Below, piece after piece: positions 37,821 to 46,115 of a stretch of DNA of 64,000 nt (its first letter is position 1; each line of letters opens with the position of its first letter). Origin of the DNA: an uncultured Planctomycetia bacterium (GTDB lineage Bacteria > Omnitrophota > Gorgyraeia > Tantalellales > Tantalellaceae); contig CAZNEE010000006.1 in NCBI GenBank assembly GCA_964572255.1, positions 11,775 through 75,774 of the forward strand. The letters run 5' to 3'. A program made the position numbers and the translations under genes. The notes below the pieces were generated by a model. That model was not told the DNA's origin. It ran no database searches and was given only the letters and a program-made list of their open reading frames with translations.

Positions 37821-39264
37821 TTCCCGCCCTCCCTTTTAGAACTTCATCGTTCCTTAAGGATGCTTTTTTAACGTATATTTTCAGAATGGATTCTTTAATA
37901 AACCCATAAACTATTACAGAAAGAATGAATAACTTCACCAGAATATCGCCATTACGGGAATAAAAGGTTTCTTTTTTGATCCTATAAATATTTCCGGTTA
38001 AAAACGTCGCGGTATCCTGCGGAACGGATCTTATTGCCCTCCCGTATGGATTTATTATCTGCGTTACGCCTGTTTGGGCTGCCCTTGCAAGATACCTCAT
38101 GTTCTCTGCCGCTCTTGCTCTTGTAAAAAATGAAGCGTATTTTTTGAACCATGAGTAATCGAGGTCTGTGTTGCTTGAAAGAGAAATAAAATATTCCGCG
38201 CCGCTTTTCACGTAATCTCTGTATATTTTTTCGTTTATCTCTTCCCAGCATAAAGTGATCCCGGCTTGATCCAAATATAATTTTCCGTTATTTTTGCGAG
38301 GGGATATTCCTTCATTAAATATCGCCGGATCCTGCGAATAATACGTATCTTCGACTTTTCCTTGCTTGTCAAAGATGAGGGCTGTATTGTAAAGGATGTT
38401 TTTCTTCTCCTGATCTCTCAGCATTGAACCGATAATGTAGGTGGTTTTTGACCTCTTTATCTCGTCTATGACCGGCCGCATCTTCCCCGGAAATCTGTTC
38501 ACTATATCCACCGGAAAAGTGTACTCCGGCCAAACGACTACGTCTGTTCCTTTATTTGCCGCTTCCCTGCTGAGATCTATATATCTCTTGATCCTTTTAT
38601 CCAGGTTTTCAGTGAAACCGAATATGGTTTTTTCGGGGATATCTCCCTGGATCAGAGCGATCCTTTTCGGCTGTCCATGTATAGATAGATCTGCATTCTG
38701 CGTAAGAGAAAAGACCAAAGATCCCAAAAATGCGATGAAAAGTACGATACTCACAAACAGCGAGACTTTATCCCGCCTCGCCATGTGCCTGGCGATAGCG
38801 GAATTGAAAAGAATTATAAGCAATGTAATGCCGATACTGCCTGTATACCAGATGATCGGTACCGACGTCGGGAACAAAACTCCGATATCAAAAGCGCTGG
38901 CTAAAAGTGATCTGAAATTAAATAAATAAAGCAGTGCCGTCCAAAGAATAGCAGGAACGCATATTGATAATAAGGGATCCTCGAGTCGTTTTATTAATGA
39001 TTTACTTAAAAGCAGGAAACCAGATATGAAACAAGCCGTGATAAGAATACCCGCAAGGTAAATTTCGACCTTGTAGGTTACTATCGGAAGCAATATCACG
39101 GAACACAATACCAAAGGAAATAATACAAGATGAAGATTTTTTATGCGTACTCTCGCGTAGAAAAGAAATAAAAGCGGAATGAGAAAGAAAAAAATGAAAT
39201 AATTGTATATAAGATAAGGGCTGATGAGAAATATGCTTATTACTATAAGCTTTTTGGGGCTCAT
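37813..39264 (-). CDS. Divergent apolipoprotein N-acyltransferase-like (Lnt/nitrilase fold) membrane protein
   Basis: N-terminal TMs, IALIQGDI, VVWPE, YNTALI, LCWEE, RAAEN..ARAAQTG..IINPYGR. YYSQDPAIFNE replaces the canonical YxKxxLVPFGE. Overlaps the start of giant D. Confidence 0.85.
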   Translation of the reverse strand: MSPKKLIVISIFLISPYLIYNYFIFFFLIPLLFLFYARVRIKNLHLVLFPLVLCSVILLPIVTYKVEIYLAGILITACFISGFLLLSKSLIKRLEDPLLSICVPAILWTALLYLFNFRSLLASAFDIGVLFPTSVPIIWYTGSIGITLLIILFNSAIARHMARRDKVSLFVSIVLFIAFLGSLVFSLTQNADLSIHGQPKRIALIQGDIPEKTIFGFTENLDKRIKRYIDLSREAANKGTDVVVWPEYTFPVDIVNRFPGKMRPVIDEIKRSKTTYIIGSMLRDQEKKNILYNTALIFDKQGKVEDTYYSQDPAIFNEGISPRKNNGKLYLDQAGITLCWEEINEKIYRDYVKSGAEYFISLSSNTDLDYSWFKKYASFFTRARAAENMRYLARAAQTGVTQIINPYGRAIRSVPQDTATFLTGNIYRIKKETFYSRNGDILVKLFILSVIVYGFIKESILKIYVKKASLRNDEVLKGRAGNE

Positions 39265-39349
39265 CCCTTACCTCCTGACGGTTTTTCTTTAAACGTTAAT
39301 CAAAAACCCATCTCTACCCCTGTGCCCCCGTTTTAATAAAAGTCTTAAA

Positions 39350-39396
39350 TAAAAAGCCGGACTACCAAACATTAAATTTTATTTGGTAGCCCGGCT
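39350..39396 (-). terminator. Riboswitch expression-platform intrinsic terminator
   Basis: Minus strand AGCCGGGCTACCAAA-loop-TTTGGTAGTCCGGCT-TTTT; the 5' arm is the 3' strand of the aptamer. Confidence 0.85.
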
Positions 39397-39497
39397 ATGC
39401 AAAATGTTCCCTGACCAAGCTTCAGGGAACAAATCTTCATGCAGCATCCGCAGCTTTGTGTCCCTGCCTTACGGCAGGTTTACCTTTTTCAAACCCA
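39379..39497 (-). ncRNA. Cyclic di-GMP-I (GEMM) riboswitch
   Basis: Minus strand GTTTGAAAAA-GGTAAACCTGCC-GTAA-GGCAGG-GACACAAAGC-...-AGCCGGGCTACCAAAT matches the GEMM-I pattern (GGyAAACC, GNRA loop, GACrCAAAgC, GCCGGGyTrCC). G at the G20-equivalent position. Confidence 0.85.
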
Positions 39498-39539
39498 TAT
39501 TAAAGAACATATTCTTATTATTATTTTACTACTATTTAA

Positions 39540-39595
39540 ATTATTCCACTACAATTAATCGCATTTTATTGTATTTTAGCAAAATTTGTGTGTAA
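39540..39595 (-). promoter_or_regulatory. Diverged copy 4 of the giant-gene promoter box, upstream of the riboswitch
   Basis: Minus strand CACACAAATTTTGC...TGG-AATAAT; same 47-nt offset from the first base of CACAC to the first base of the -10 as in copies 1-3. Confidence 0.55.
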
Positions 39596-39647
39596 TGTCA
39601 ATAAAAAGTTATTTATTTGAAAATATAACAAAAATTTTTTGATTTTT

Positions 39648-40628
39648 TTACTGAATTAAGGTTCTTATATCTTCAATAGTGTGGAGTGTTGTTACGTTCA
39701 GGGAGCCATCGATCTTTTTGGCAAGGCCTTTAAGGACGCTCCCCGGCCCCACTTCGAGGTAATCTTTTATCCCCATCGAAGCGGCCTTTTTGACGGAAGC
39801 TTCCCATAAAGTTTTGTTATCCAGCTGGTTGGCGAGATTTTCTTTTATTTTGGCGGGATCACGTGTTATTTCCGCATCGATATTGCTTATAAAATCTATT
39901 GCCGGTTCTTTTACTTCTATTTCTTCAAGAACTTTTTGAAGTTTTTCTTTTGCCGGGAGCATGAGTTCCGAATGGAACGCACCGCTTACCTTCAACATGA
40001 TCGCGCGTTTCGCGCCTTGATTCTTAGCCAGGTCCGCGGCAAGTTCTATAACGCTTGCCGGGCCCGATATGACGACCTGGCCGGGACAATTTAGATTCGC
40101 GACCTGGCAGCCCAGCCCCGTACAAAGCTCCTCAACCTTATCAAGTTCAAGCCCTATGATGGATGCCATTTTACCTTCTGTCTTCCGTGATACTTCATCC
40201 ATGAACGCGCCGCGCTTTTGGACAAACTTAAGCCCGTCTTCAAAAGTCATAGCGCCTGAAGCAACAAGCGCTGTCGGTTCGCCGAGACTTAACCCCATCG
40301 CGACAGAACCGATATTCGCGATATCTTCAGATGAAAAGATCTCTTTTCCCTCTTCACCCACAGGCCCGCCTTTTAAGGTCTCCGCTAAAACGTTCAATGT
40401 AGCGATGCTTGTCGTAAAAATCGCCGGTTGACTGTTCGCCGTTGTCTGGAGCTCGTCTTCAGGCCCTTCAAAGCAAAGTTTTTTTATGTCGCGTTCTAAT
40501 ACTTCGTTCGCCTTATCAAACACCCATCTTGCGGCGGCTTGGGTCTCATAAAGCTCTTTGCCCATTCCTATTTCTTGTGAACCCTGACCGGGAAATAACA
40601 AGCCGTACTTTTTCACCTTTTCTCCCAT
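39648..40628 (-). CDS. fabD: Malonyl CoA-ACP transacylase
   Basis: LFPGQGSQ, QPAI, GLSLGE, ANLNCPGQVVISG, VSGAFHS, EVGPG. Confidence 0.96.
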   Translation of the reverse strand: MGEKVKKYGLLFPGQGSQEIGMGKELYETQAAARWVFDKANEVLERDIKKLCFEGPEDELQTTANSQPAIFTTSIATLNVLAETLKGGPVGEEGKEIFSSEDIANIGSVAMGLSLGEPTALVASGAMTFEDGLKFVQKRGAFMDEVSRKTEGKMASIIGLELDKVEELCTGLGCQVANLNCPGQVVISGPASVIELAADLAKNQGAKRAIMLKVSGAFHSELMLPAKEKLQKVLEEIEVKEPAIDFISNIDAEITRDPAKIKENLANQLDNKTLWEASVKKAASMGIKDYLEVGPGSVLKGLAKKIDGSLNVTTLHTIEDIRTLIQ

Positions 40629-40680
40629 TTTTTGTTGTGTTCTATGATGCTGGGGTGTCGCCGAATGGGGCGTCCCCGAG

Positions 40681-41670
40681 TTACCATTCTATGATGATGG
40701 CGCCCCAGGTAAGGCCTCCCCCAAAAGCGTCCATGAGAATTTTGTCGCCTTTTTTTACTCTGCCTTCCTGTATTGCTTCGGTAAGGGCTACCGCGCTTGA
40801 AGCGGCGGACATGTTGCCGTATTTTTCTATATTAAGATAAAGTTTTTTCTCCGGATCCACGCCCATCCTTTTTGCCAGAGCATAAAGGATGCGTATGTTC
40901 GCCTGATGCGGAATTATAATATCTATATCGTCGCCTTTAAATCCCAACGGCTCGGTTACAGCGAGCGCCGCGTCCGCCATGATCTTCACCGCATGTTTAA
41001 AAAGAACATTGCCTTCCATTTTTATTGTATGGAGTTTGTTCTCAACCGTTCTTATCGAAGCCGGCATGCGTGACCCGCCCGCAGGAAGCTGGAGCAGATC
41101 TCCTTTACTCCCATCCGCGCCGAGGCTAGCCCCGAGTATGCCGCCTTTCTCCACAGGCCCTAAAACCGCGGCTCCGGCACCGTCACCAAAGAGTACGCAA
41201 GTGGATCTGTCGGACCAGTCCGTGACTGCGGACAGTTTCTCGGCCGCGACAACTAACGCATGTTTATACATCCCTGTTTTAATGAATTGATCCGCTATCG
41301 TAAGGCCGTATACATAACCCGAACAAGCAACTGAGATATCAAAAGCCGGTATATTAGCTATGCCGAGCTTATGCTGCAGCTGACATGCTGTTGAAGGAAA
41401 AAACATGTCGGGAGTGATCGTCGCAACGATTATCAGATCAATATCCTCGGGGGTAAGATCTGCGTTCTTAAGCGCGTCTCTTGCCGCTTTTGCCGCCATG
41501 TCACTTGCGGCCTCGTTCTCTGAAGCGATGCGCCTTTCTTTGATACCCGTACGCGTGGTTATCCATTCGTCTGAAGTATCGACCATCTTTTCAAGATCCG
41601 CGTTTGTTAAAATATTCTCGGGCAGATATTTCCCGACTCCTATGATGCCTGTTCTTTTTACTTCTGTCAT
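40681..41670 (-). CDS. fabH: 3-oxoacyl-ACP synthase III
   Basis: DTSDEWITTRTGI, ACSG, LFGDGAGA, PHQAN, YGNMSAAS, FGGGLTWG. Confidence 0.97.
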   Translation of the reverse strand: MTEVKRTGIIGVGKYLPENILTNADLEKMVDTSDEWITTRTGIKERRIASENEAASDMAAKAARDALKNADLTPEDIDLIIVATITPDMFFPSTACQLQHKLGIANIPAFDISVACSGYVYGLTIADQFIKTGMYKHALVVAAEKLSAVTDWSDRSTCVLFGDGAGAAVLGPVEKGGILGASLGADGSKGDLLQLPAGGSRMPASIRTVENKLHTIKMEGNVLFKHAVKIMADAALAVTEPLGFKGDDIDIIIPHQANIRILYALAKRMGVDPEKKLYLNIEKYGNMSAASSAVALTEAIQEGRVKKGDKILMDAFGGGLTWGAIIIEW

Positions 41671-41679
41671 TTTTAACCT

Positions 41680-42672
41680 CTAAAAACTTTGAAGCTCTTC
41701 AATAATATGAGCATTGACTTGATGATCAACATATTCACCGGCAACTCTTACGGCATTTTTTATGGCCTTGGCGTTTGATGAACCGTGCGAGATGATCACG
41801 CGGCCGTCAACTCCCATAAGCGGTGCCCCTCCGTATTCAGTCGCATCTATTTCCCTTTTGATCTTTTTGAACGCGGGAAGCGTCAGAAGCGCCCCGAATT
41901 TAGTTAAAATACTGCTCGCCTTGAGTTCTCTTTTTAAGAGTTCACTCGCAGCGTCAGCAAAACCTTCGGTGACTTTCAAAAATACGTTTCCCACGAAACC
42001 GTCACATATCACAATATCCGCGCTGCCCCTGTAAACATCTTTTGGTTCAACGTTGCCGATAAAATTGAGTTTACTTTCCCCGAGCATCATGTGCGTTTCT
42101 TTCAGAAAGCCCGTCCCCTTGGTAGATTCTTCCCCGATATTCAAAAGGCCCACAGTGGGACGCACTTTTTCGAGTATATGCCTGGAATAAGCGTCGCCCA
42201 TTATACCGTACTGAAGAAGATGCAGGGGTTTCGGATCAATATTCGCGCCTACATCGATAACAAGACATGGTTTTCTCAAGGTGGGGAACACTACCGCTAT
42301 TCCCGGCCTGTCAACACCCTGAAGAAGCCTTAAACTAAGAGTTGCGGCGCATACGACCGCACCCGTGTTGCCGGCCGATACAAACGCGTCCACTTCGTTC
42401 TTCTTTACCAGCTCTACCGCTTTCACTATGGAAGAGTCTCTTTTCTTCCTTACGGAAAGCGCGGCCGGCTCATCCATGCCTATAGCTTCGGAAGTGTTGA
42501 AGATCCTTATTCGCTCCTCAGGATAGCTATATTCGGACAAGAGTCCCTTTATAATATTTTCCTGTCCCACGAGAGTGATCTCATAGCCGTATTCATTAGC
42601 AGCCAGAACAGCACCTTCAACAGTACATGCAGGCGCTTTGTCTCCTCCCATTGCATCTAGAGCGATCCTCAT
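41680..42672 (-). CDS. plsX: Phosphate acyltransferase
   Basis: IALDAMGGD, SAGNTGA, DVGAN, LNIGEE..KG, CDGFVGN, HGSS. Confidence 0.97.
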   Translation of the reverse strand: MRIALDAMGGDKAPACTVEGAVLAANEYGYEITLVGQENIIKGLLSEYSYPEERIRIFNTSEAIGMDEPAALSVRKKRDSSIVKAVELVKKNEVDAFVSAGNTGAVVCAATLSLRLLQGVDRPGIAVVFPTLRKPCLVIDVGANIDPKPLHLLQYGIMGDAYSRHILEKVRPTVGLLNIGEESTKGTGFLKETHMMLGESKLNFIGNVEPKDVYRGSADIVICDGFVGNVFLKVTEGFADAASELLKRELKASSILTKFGALLTLPAFKKIKREIDATEYGGAPLMGVDGRVIISHGSSNAKAIKNAVRVAGEYVDHQVNAHIIEELQSF

Positions 42673-42675
42673 AAA

Positions 42676-42909
42676 TTATCCTCTGCCTTTTGCTTGTTGT
42701 TTCTTTTCCCTTTTTTCTTTGCGTTCCTCAAGACTCTCGATACGCCTTACCTGCTTGCCCTTGTAATAACCGCAATACGGGCAAACGCGATGAGGTTCTT
42801 TTTCCTTGCCGCATTGCGTGCATTTTGTTAAGGCCGGCGCTTCGGCTTTATAATGCGTACGTCTCTTGCGGCCGCGTGCTTTAGAATGTCTATGTTTTAC
42901 TTTAGGCAT
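42676..42909 (-). CDS. rpmF: 50S ribosomal protein L32 (Zn-binding type)
   Basis: RHSKARGRKRRTH..CTQCG..PHRVCPYCGYYKG; position before plsX. Confidence 0.95.
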   Translation of the reverse strand: MPKVKHRHSKARGRKRRTHYKAEAPALTKCTQCGKEKEPHRVCPYCGYYKGKQVRRIESLEERKEKREKKQQAKGRG

Positions 42910-42924
42910 TTCTTCTCCTTTTTT

Positions 42925-44070
42925 CTATTTTCTGACTGTCTCTTTTGCGATTTCGTACGTGTCTTTCGCGATCAAAAGTTCTTCGTTCGTTCCTATGGTC
43001 AAAAATTCCGCGCTACCACCCAAAAGATGTTTAAGCTGGTCTCTTATCTCATTTTTAACACGCGGAACGTTCTCCCCTATACCCCCGGCAAAAACCACCG
43101 CGTCAACCCCGCCGAGGACCGCCGCGTAAGCGCCGATATATTTCGTTATGCGATATACAAAAATATCATATGCGAGTTTTGCGCGTTCATTACCTTCATC
43201 AATTGATTTGAGTATATCACGCATGTCATTGCTCACGCCGGATACGCCCAAAAGCCCGCTTTCTTTGTTTAAAATATCATTGACCCGGTCAACGTCGAGA
43301 TTTTCTCTCTGCATTATAAAAGTAACGACTGCCGGATCGAGGTCTCCCGAACGCGTACCCATAAGAAGACCTTCCAGCGGAGTGAATCCCATGGAAGTAT
43401 CTATGCTCCTGCCGCCTGCAACCGCCGCTATGCTGCATCCGTTGCCGAGATGAACAGTTATGATATTCAGCTCTTCGATCGGTTTTTCTAAAAGTTCCGC
43501 GGCTTTTGCCGAAACATATCTGTGGCTGGTCCCGTGAAAACCGTATTTTCTTATGCCGTATTTTTTGTAAAATTCATAAGGTATCCCGTAACAAAAAGCT
43601 TCTTCCGGCATGGTCTGATGAAAGGCTGTATCGAAAACGGCTATTTGCGGAACGCCCCCGAATATCTTCATGCAGCTTTGAATCCCTTCAAGGGACGGCG
43701 GGTTATGTAAAGGAGCGAGTTCGGAAAATTTTTCTATAGACTTCAGGACTCTGTCATCTATCAATATACTCGTATTAAACTCTTCGCCGCCATGCACCAC
43801 TCTGTGCCCTACGCCGCCGACTTCACCCACATCCGAAAGCACGCCGTGCTCTTTGTCGATCAAGATATCCCTTATGATCTCTATAGCCTTGTGATGATCG
43901 GAGCAGTCGACCTTTTTGGTGAACTCTTTTCCGTCTACTTCATGACAAAGCGAACTGGATGAAGTCCCGATACGTTCGACAATTCCCTTACAAATATGCT
44001 TCTCTTTTTCTACATCGAACAGTTCGTATTTTGCTGACGACGAACCGCAATTTACAACGAGTATCAACAT
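42925..44070 (-). CDS. ackA: Acetate kinase
   Basis: Start moved to ATG 44070 (MLILVVNCGSSS). GHRVVHGG, APLHNP, FDTAFH, YGFHGTSH, HLGNG, GTRSGD, GGIGEN, TNEEL. Confidence 0.96.
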   Translation of the reverse strand: MLILVVNCGSSSAKYELFDVEKEKHICKGIVERIGTSSSSLCHEVDGKEFTKKVDCSDHHKAIEIIRDILIDKEHGVLSDVGEVGGVGHRVVHGGEEFNTSILIDDRVLKSIEKFSELAPLHNPPSLEGIQSCMKIFGGVPQIAVFDTAFHQTMPEEAFCYGIPYEFYKKYGIRKYGFHGTSHRYVSAKAAELLEKPIEELNIITVHLGNGCSIAAVAGGRSIDTSMGFTPLEGLLMGTRSGDLDPAVVTFIMQRENLDVDRVNDILNKESGLLGVSGVSNDMRDILKSIDEGNERAKLAYDIFVYRITKYIGAYAAVLGGVDAVVFAGGIGENVPRVKNEIRDQLKHLLGGSAEFLTIGTNEELLIAKDTYEIAKETVRK

Positions 44071-44084
44071 TTTCTTTATACTTT

Positions 44085-45086
44085 CTATTCCTTTTGTGCT
44101 CTTATGGCAATAACAGCCACAGCATCGACTATTTCTTCCAGGGTGCACCCGCGTGAAAGATCGCTGCATGGTTTATCAAGCCCCTGCAATATAGGCCCGA
44201 CAACTCTGGCTTTACCTAAACGCTGGGTGAGTTTATAAGAAATATTACCGGCATCCAGATTCGGAAATATAAGAACGTTCGCTCTTCCCTGCACTTTACT
44301 GTCAGGGCATTTTCTTTGCGCTACATCCGGAACGATCGCCGCGTCAAGTTGAAGTTCTCCGTCAACCATCAGCCCCGGCCTTTTCGCAATCACTCTTTCT
44401 AACGCGCTTCTTACGTTTTCGATAGAATCTCCCTTCGCGCTTCCTCTCGTAGAATAACTCAACAGTCCGACACGCGGCTCGATATCAAATAGTTTTTTGA
44501 ACATGTCGCTTGTTGCGATAGCTATTCCCGCAAGCTGTCTTGAATTCGGATAAGGTATTACGCCGCAATCACCGAACGCGAAAAGCCCTTCTTCACCAAA
44601 AGGACAATTATCCAGTTCCATCATGAAACAACTCGACATTGTGCCTATTTCTCTGTCGATCTTCAGGCACTGTATGCCGGCGCGCGCTACATTCGAAGTC
44701 GTGTGACACGCGCCTGCGACAAACCCGTCCGCTAAACCCCTTTCCGTCATCATGGCGCCGTAAAAAATAAGATCTTTCATCAATGTTTCTTTGGCTTCTT
44801 CCGGAGCAATTCCTTTATGTTTACGCTTTTCATAAAACGCGTTTATGAGCTCGTCTTTTTTGTCATGAGCAGCAGGATCGATCAAATCAATGCCATCAAG
44901 CGATACGCCTACTTCTTTGGCCAGTTTTTCGACACTCTCTTTTTTGCCGAGCAGGCAGACCTTCGCAAAATTCTCTTTAGTGACTATTGCCGCCGCTTCA
45001 ACGACCCTCTTGTCTTCGCCTTCGGGAAGAACTACACATTTTTTTTGTTTCTTCGCTTTATCCCTAAGCTTCTGGATCCTGTTCAT
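44085..45086 (-). CDS. pta: Phosphate acetyltransferase
   Basis: VLPEGED, LLSYST.GS, DGELQLDAA, FPNLDAGNISYK, DLSRGC. Confidence 0.96.
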   Translation of the reverse strand: MNRIQKLRDKAKKQKKCVVLPEGEDKRVVEAAAIVTKENFAKVCLLGKKESVEKLAKEVGVSLDGIDLIDPAAHDKKDELINAFYEKRKHKGIAPEEAKETLMKDLIFYGAMMTERGLADGFVAGACHTTSNVARAGIQCLKIDREIGTMSSCFMMELDNCPFGEEGLFAFGDCGVIPYPNSRQLAGIAIATSDMFKKLFDIEPRVGLLSYSTRGSAKGDSIENVRSALERVIAKRPGLMVDGELQLDAAIVPDVAQRKCPDSKVQGRANVLIFPNLDAGNISYKLTQRLGKARVVGPILQGLDKPCSDLSRGCTLEEIVDAVAVIAIRAQKE

Positions 45087-45565
45087 TTTCCCAACTTTTC
45101 TTTAAGTTTCTTTTCGACATTTTTAGGAACGAACTTTGATACGTCAGCCCCCATCATGGCGATTTCTTTTATCAGCTTGCTGGAAAGGTAAGAATATGAT
45201 TCATTCGGCATCATAAAAACCGTTTCAATATCCGGATTCAGCTTTCTATTAGTCAGGGCCATCTGAAATTCATATTCAAAATCAGATATCATGCGGAGCC
45301 CTCTAATGACAACTTTAGCCGATTTTGAGACGGCATAATCCACTGCCAGCCCGTCAAACCCTTCAATCTCAACGTTTTCAAGGTCAATTGCCGCTTCTCT
45401 AAGCATTTGAACGCGTTCTTCAATGGTGAAAATCGGACTTTTCTGTTCGCTCTCGGCCACGGCAATATACACTTTATCATATAGAGAAGCTATTCTCTTA
45501 ATGATATCTATATGCCCGTAAGTTACCGGATCAAACGTTCCCGGGTAAATCGCTATTCTCGCCAT
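45083..45565 (-). CDS. coaD: Phosphopantetheine adenylyltransferase
   Basis: YPGTFDPVTYGHIDII, RGLR..SDFEYE, LSS..IKE. Confidence 0.97.
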   Translation of the reverse strand: MARIAIYPGTFDPVTYGHIDIIKRIASLYDKVYIAVAESEQKSPIFTIEERVQMLREAAIDLENVEIEGFDGLAVDYAVSKSAKVVIRGLRMISDFEYEFQMALTNRKLNPDIETVFMMPNESYSYLSSKLIKEIAMMGADVSKFVPKNVEKKLKEKLGK

Positions 45566-46112
45566 TTTTTATATAGATTGAAATATTTGTATCGCCGTAA
45601 GTCTTTTTCTTTAAAATAGTAACGTTTTTTCCTGTTTGAGGAAGGACTTCTTCCACATGATGCTCAATTATAAGCAAACCGAATTCGTTTAATATATCAT
45701 ACTGGTTTACCTTAATCAAGGTTTTTTTGGCTAAACCTGTGTTATACGGGGGGTCAGCAAATAATAGATCGAACTTTTCTTTTTTATTATATAACTGCTC
45801 AATAGTTTCAAATGCATCGGATATAATTACCTTTGAACGATACTTGACATTTAAGGTATTAATATTATTTTTAATTATAGACGCGCAATATTTACTGTTA
45901 TCAACAAATACCGCTCTTTTCGCTCCCCGTGAAAGCGCCTCAAGCCCGTATGCGCCGCTGCCGGCAAAAATATCAAGAATGTCCGAATCCGGAAGTCTTT
46001 CCGAGACGATGTTAAACACAGACTCTCTTATCCTGTCCTTTGTAGGGCGTGTAGCCTCAGCCTCAGGCCTTATTATCTTACGTCCTCTGTGTTCGCCGCC
46101 TATTATGCGCAT
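45531..46112 (-). CDS. rsmD: 16S rRNA m2G966 methyltransferase
   Basis: MRIIGG..RGR, TRPT.DR.RES.FN, LDIFAGSG..GLEALSRGA, DPPY. Confidence 0.95.
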   Translation of the reverse strand: MRIIGGEHRGRKIIRPEAEATRPTKDRIRESVFNIVSERLPDSDILDIFAGSGAYGLEALSRGAKRAVFVDNSKYCASIIKNNINTLNVKYRSKVIISDAFETIEQLYNKKEKFDLLFADPPYNTGLAKKTLIKVNQYDILNEFGLLIIEHHVEEVLPQTGKNVTILKKKTYGDTNISIYIKNGENSDLPGNV

Positions 46113-46115
46113 GAG

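Noticed and set aside
40652-40677. GC-rich imperfect palindrome between fabH and fabD
   Set aside because: Imperfect stem inside an operon; at most an mRNA stability hairpin or REP remnant, too weak to call.
44071-44169. N-terminal extension of ackA given by the ORF track
   Set aside because: Overlaps the end of pta; the conserved AckA start MLILVVNCGSSS begins at 44070.
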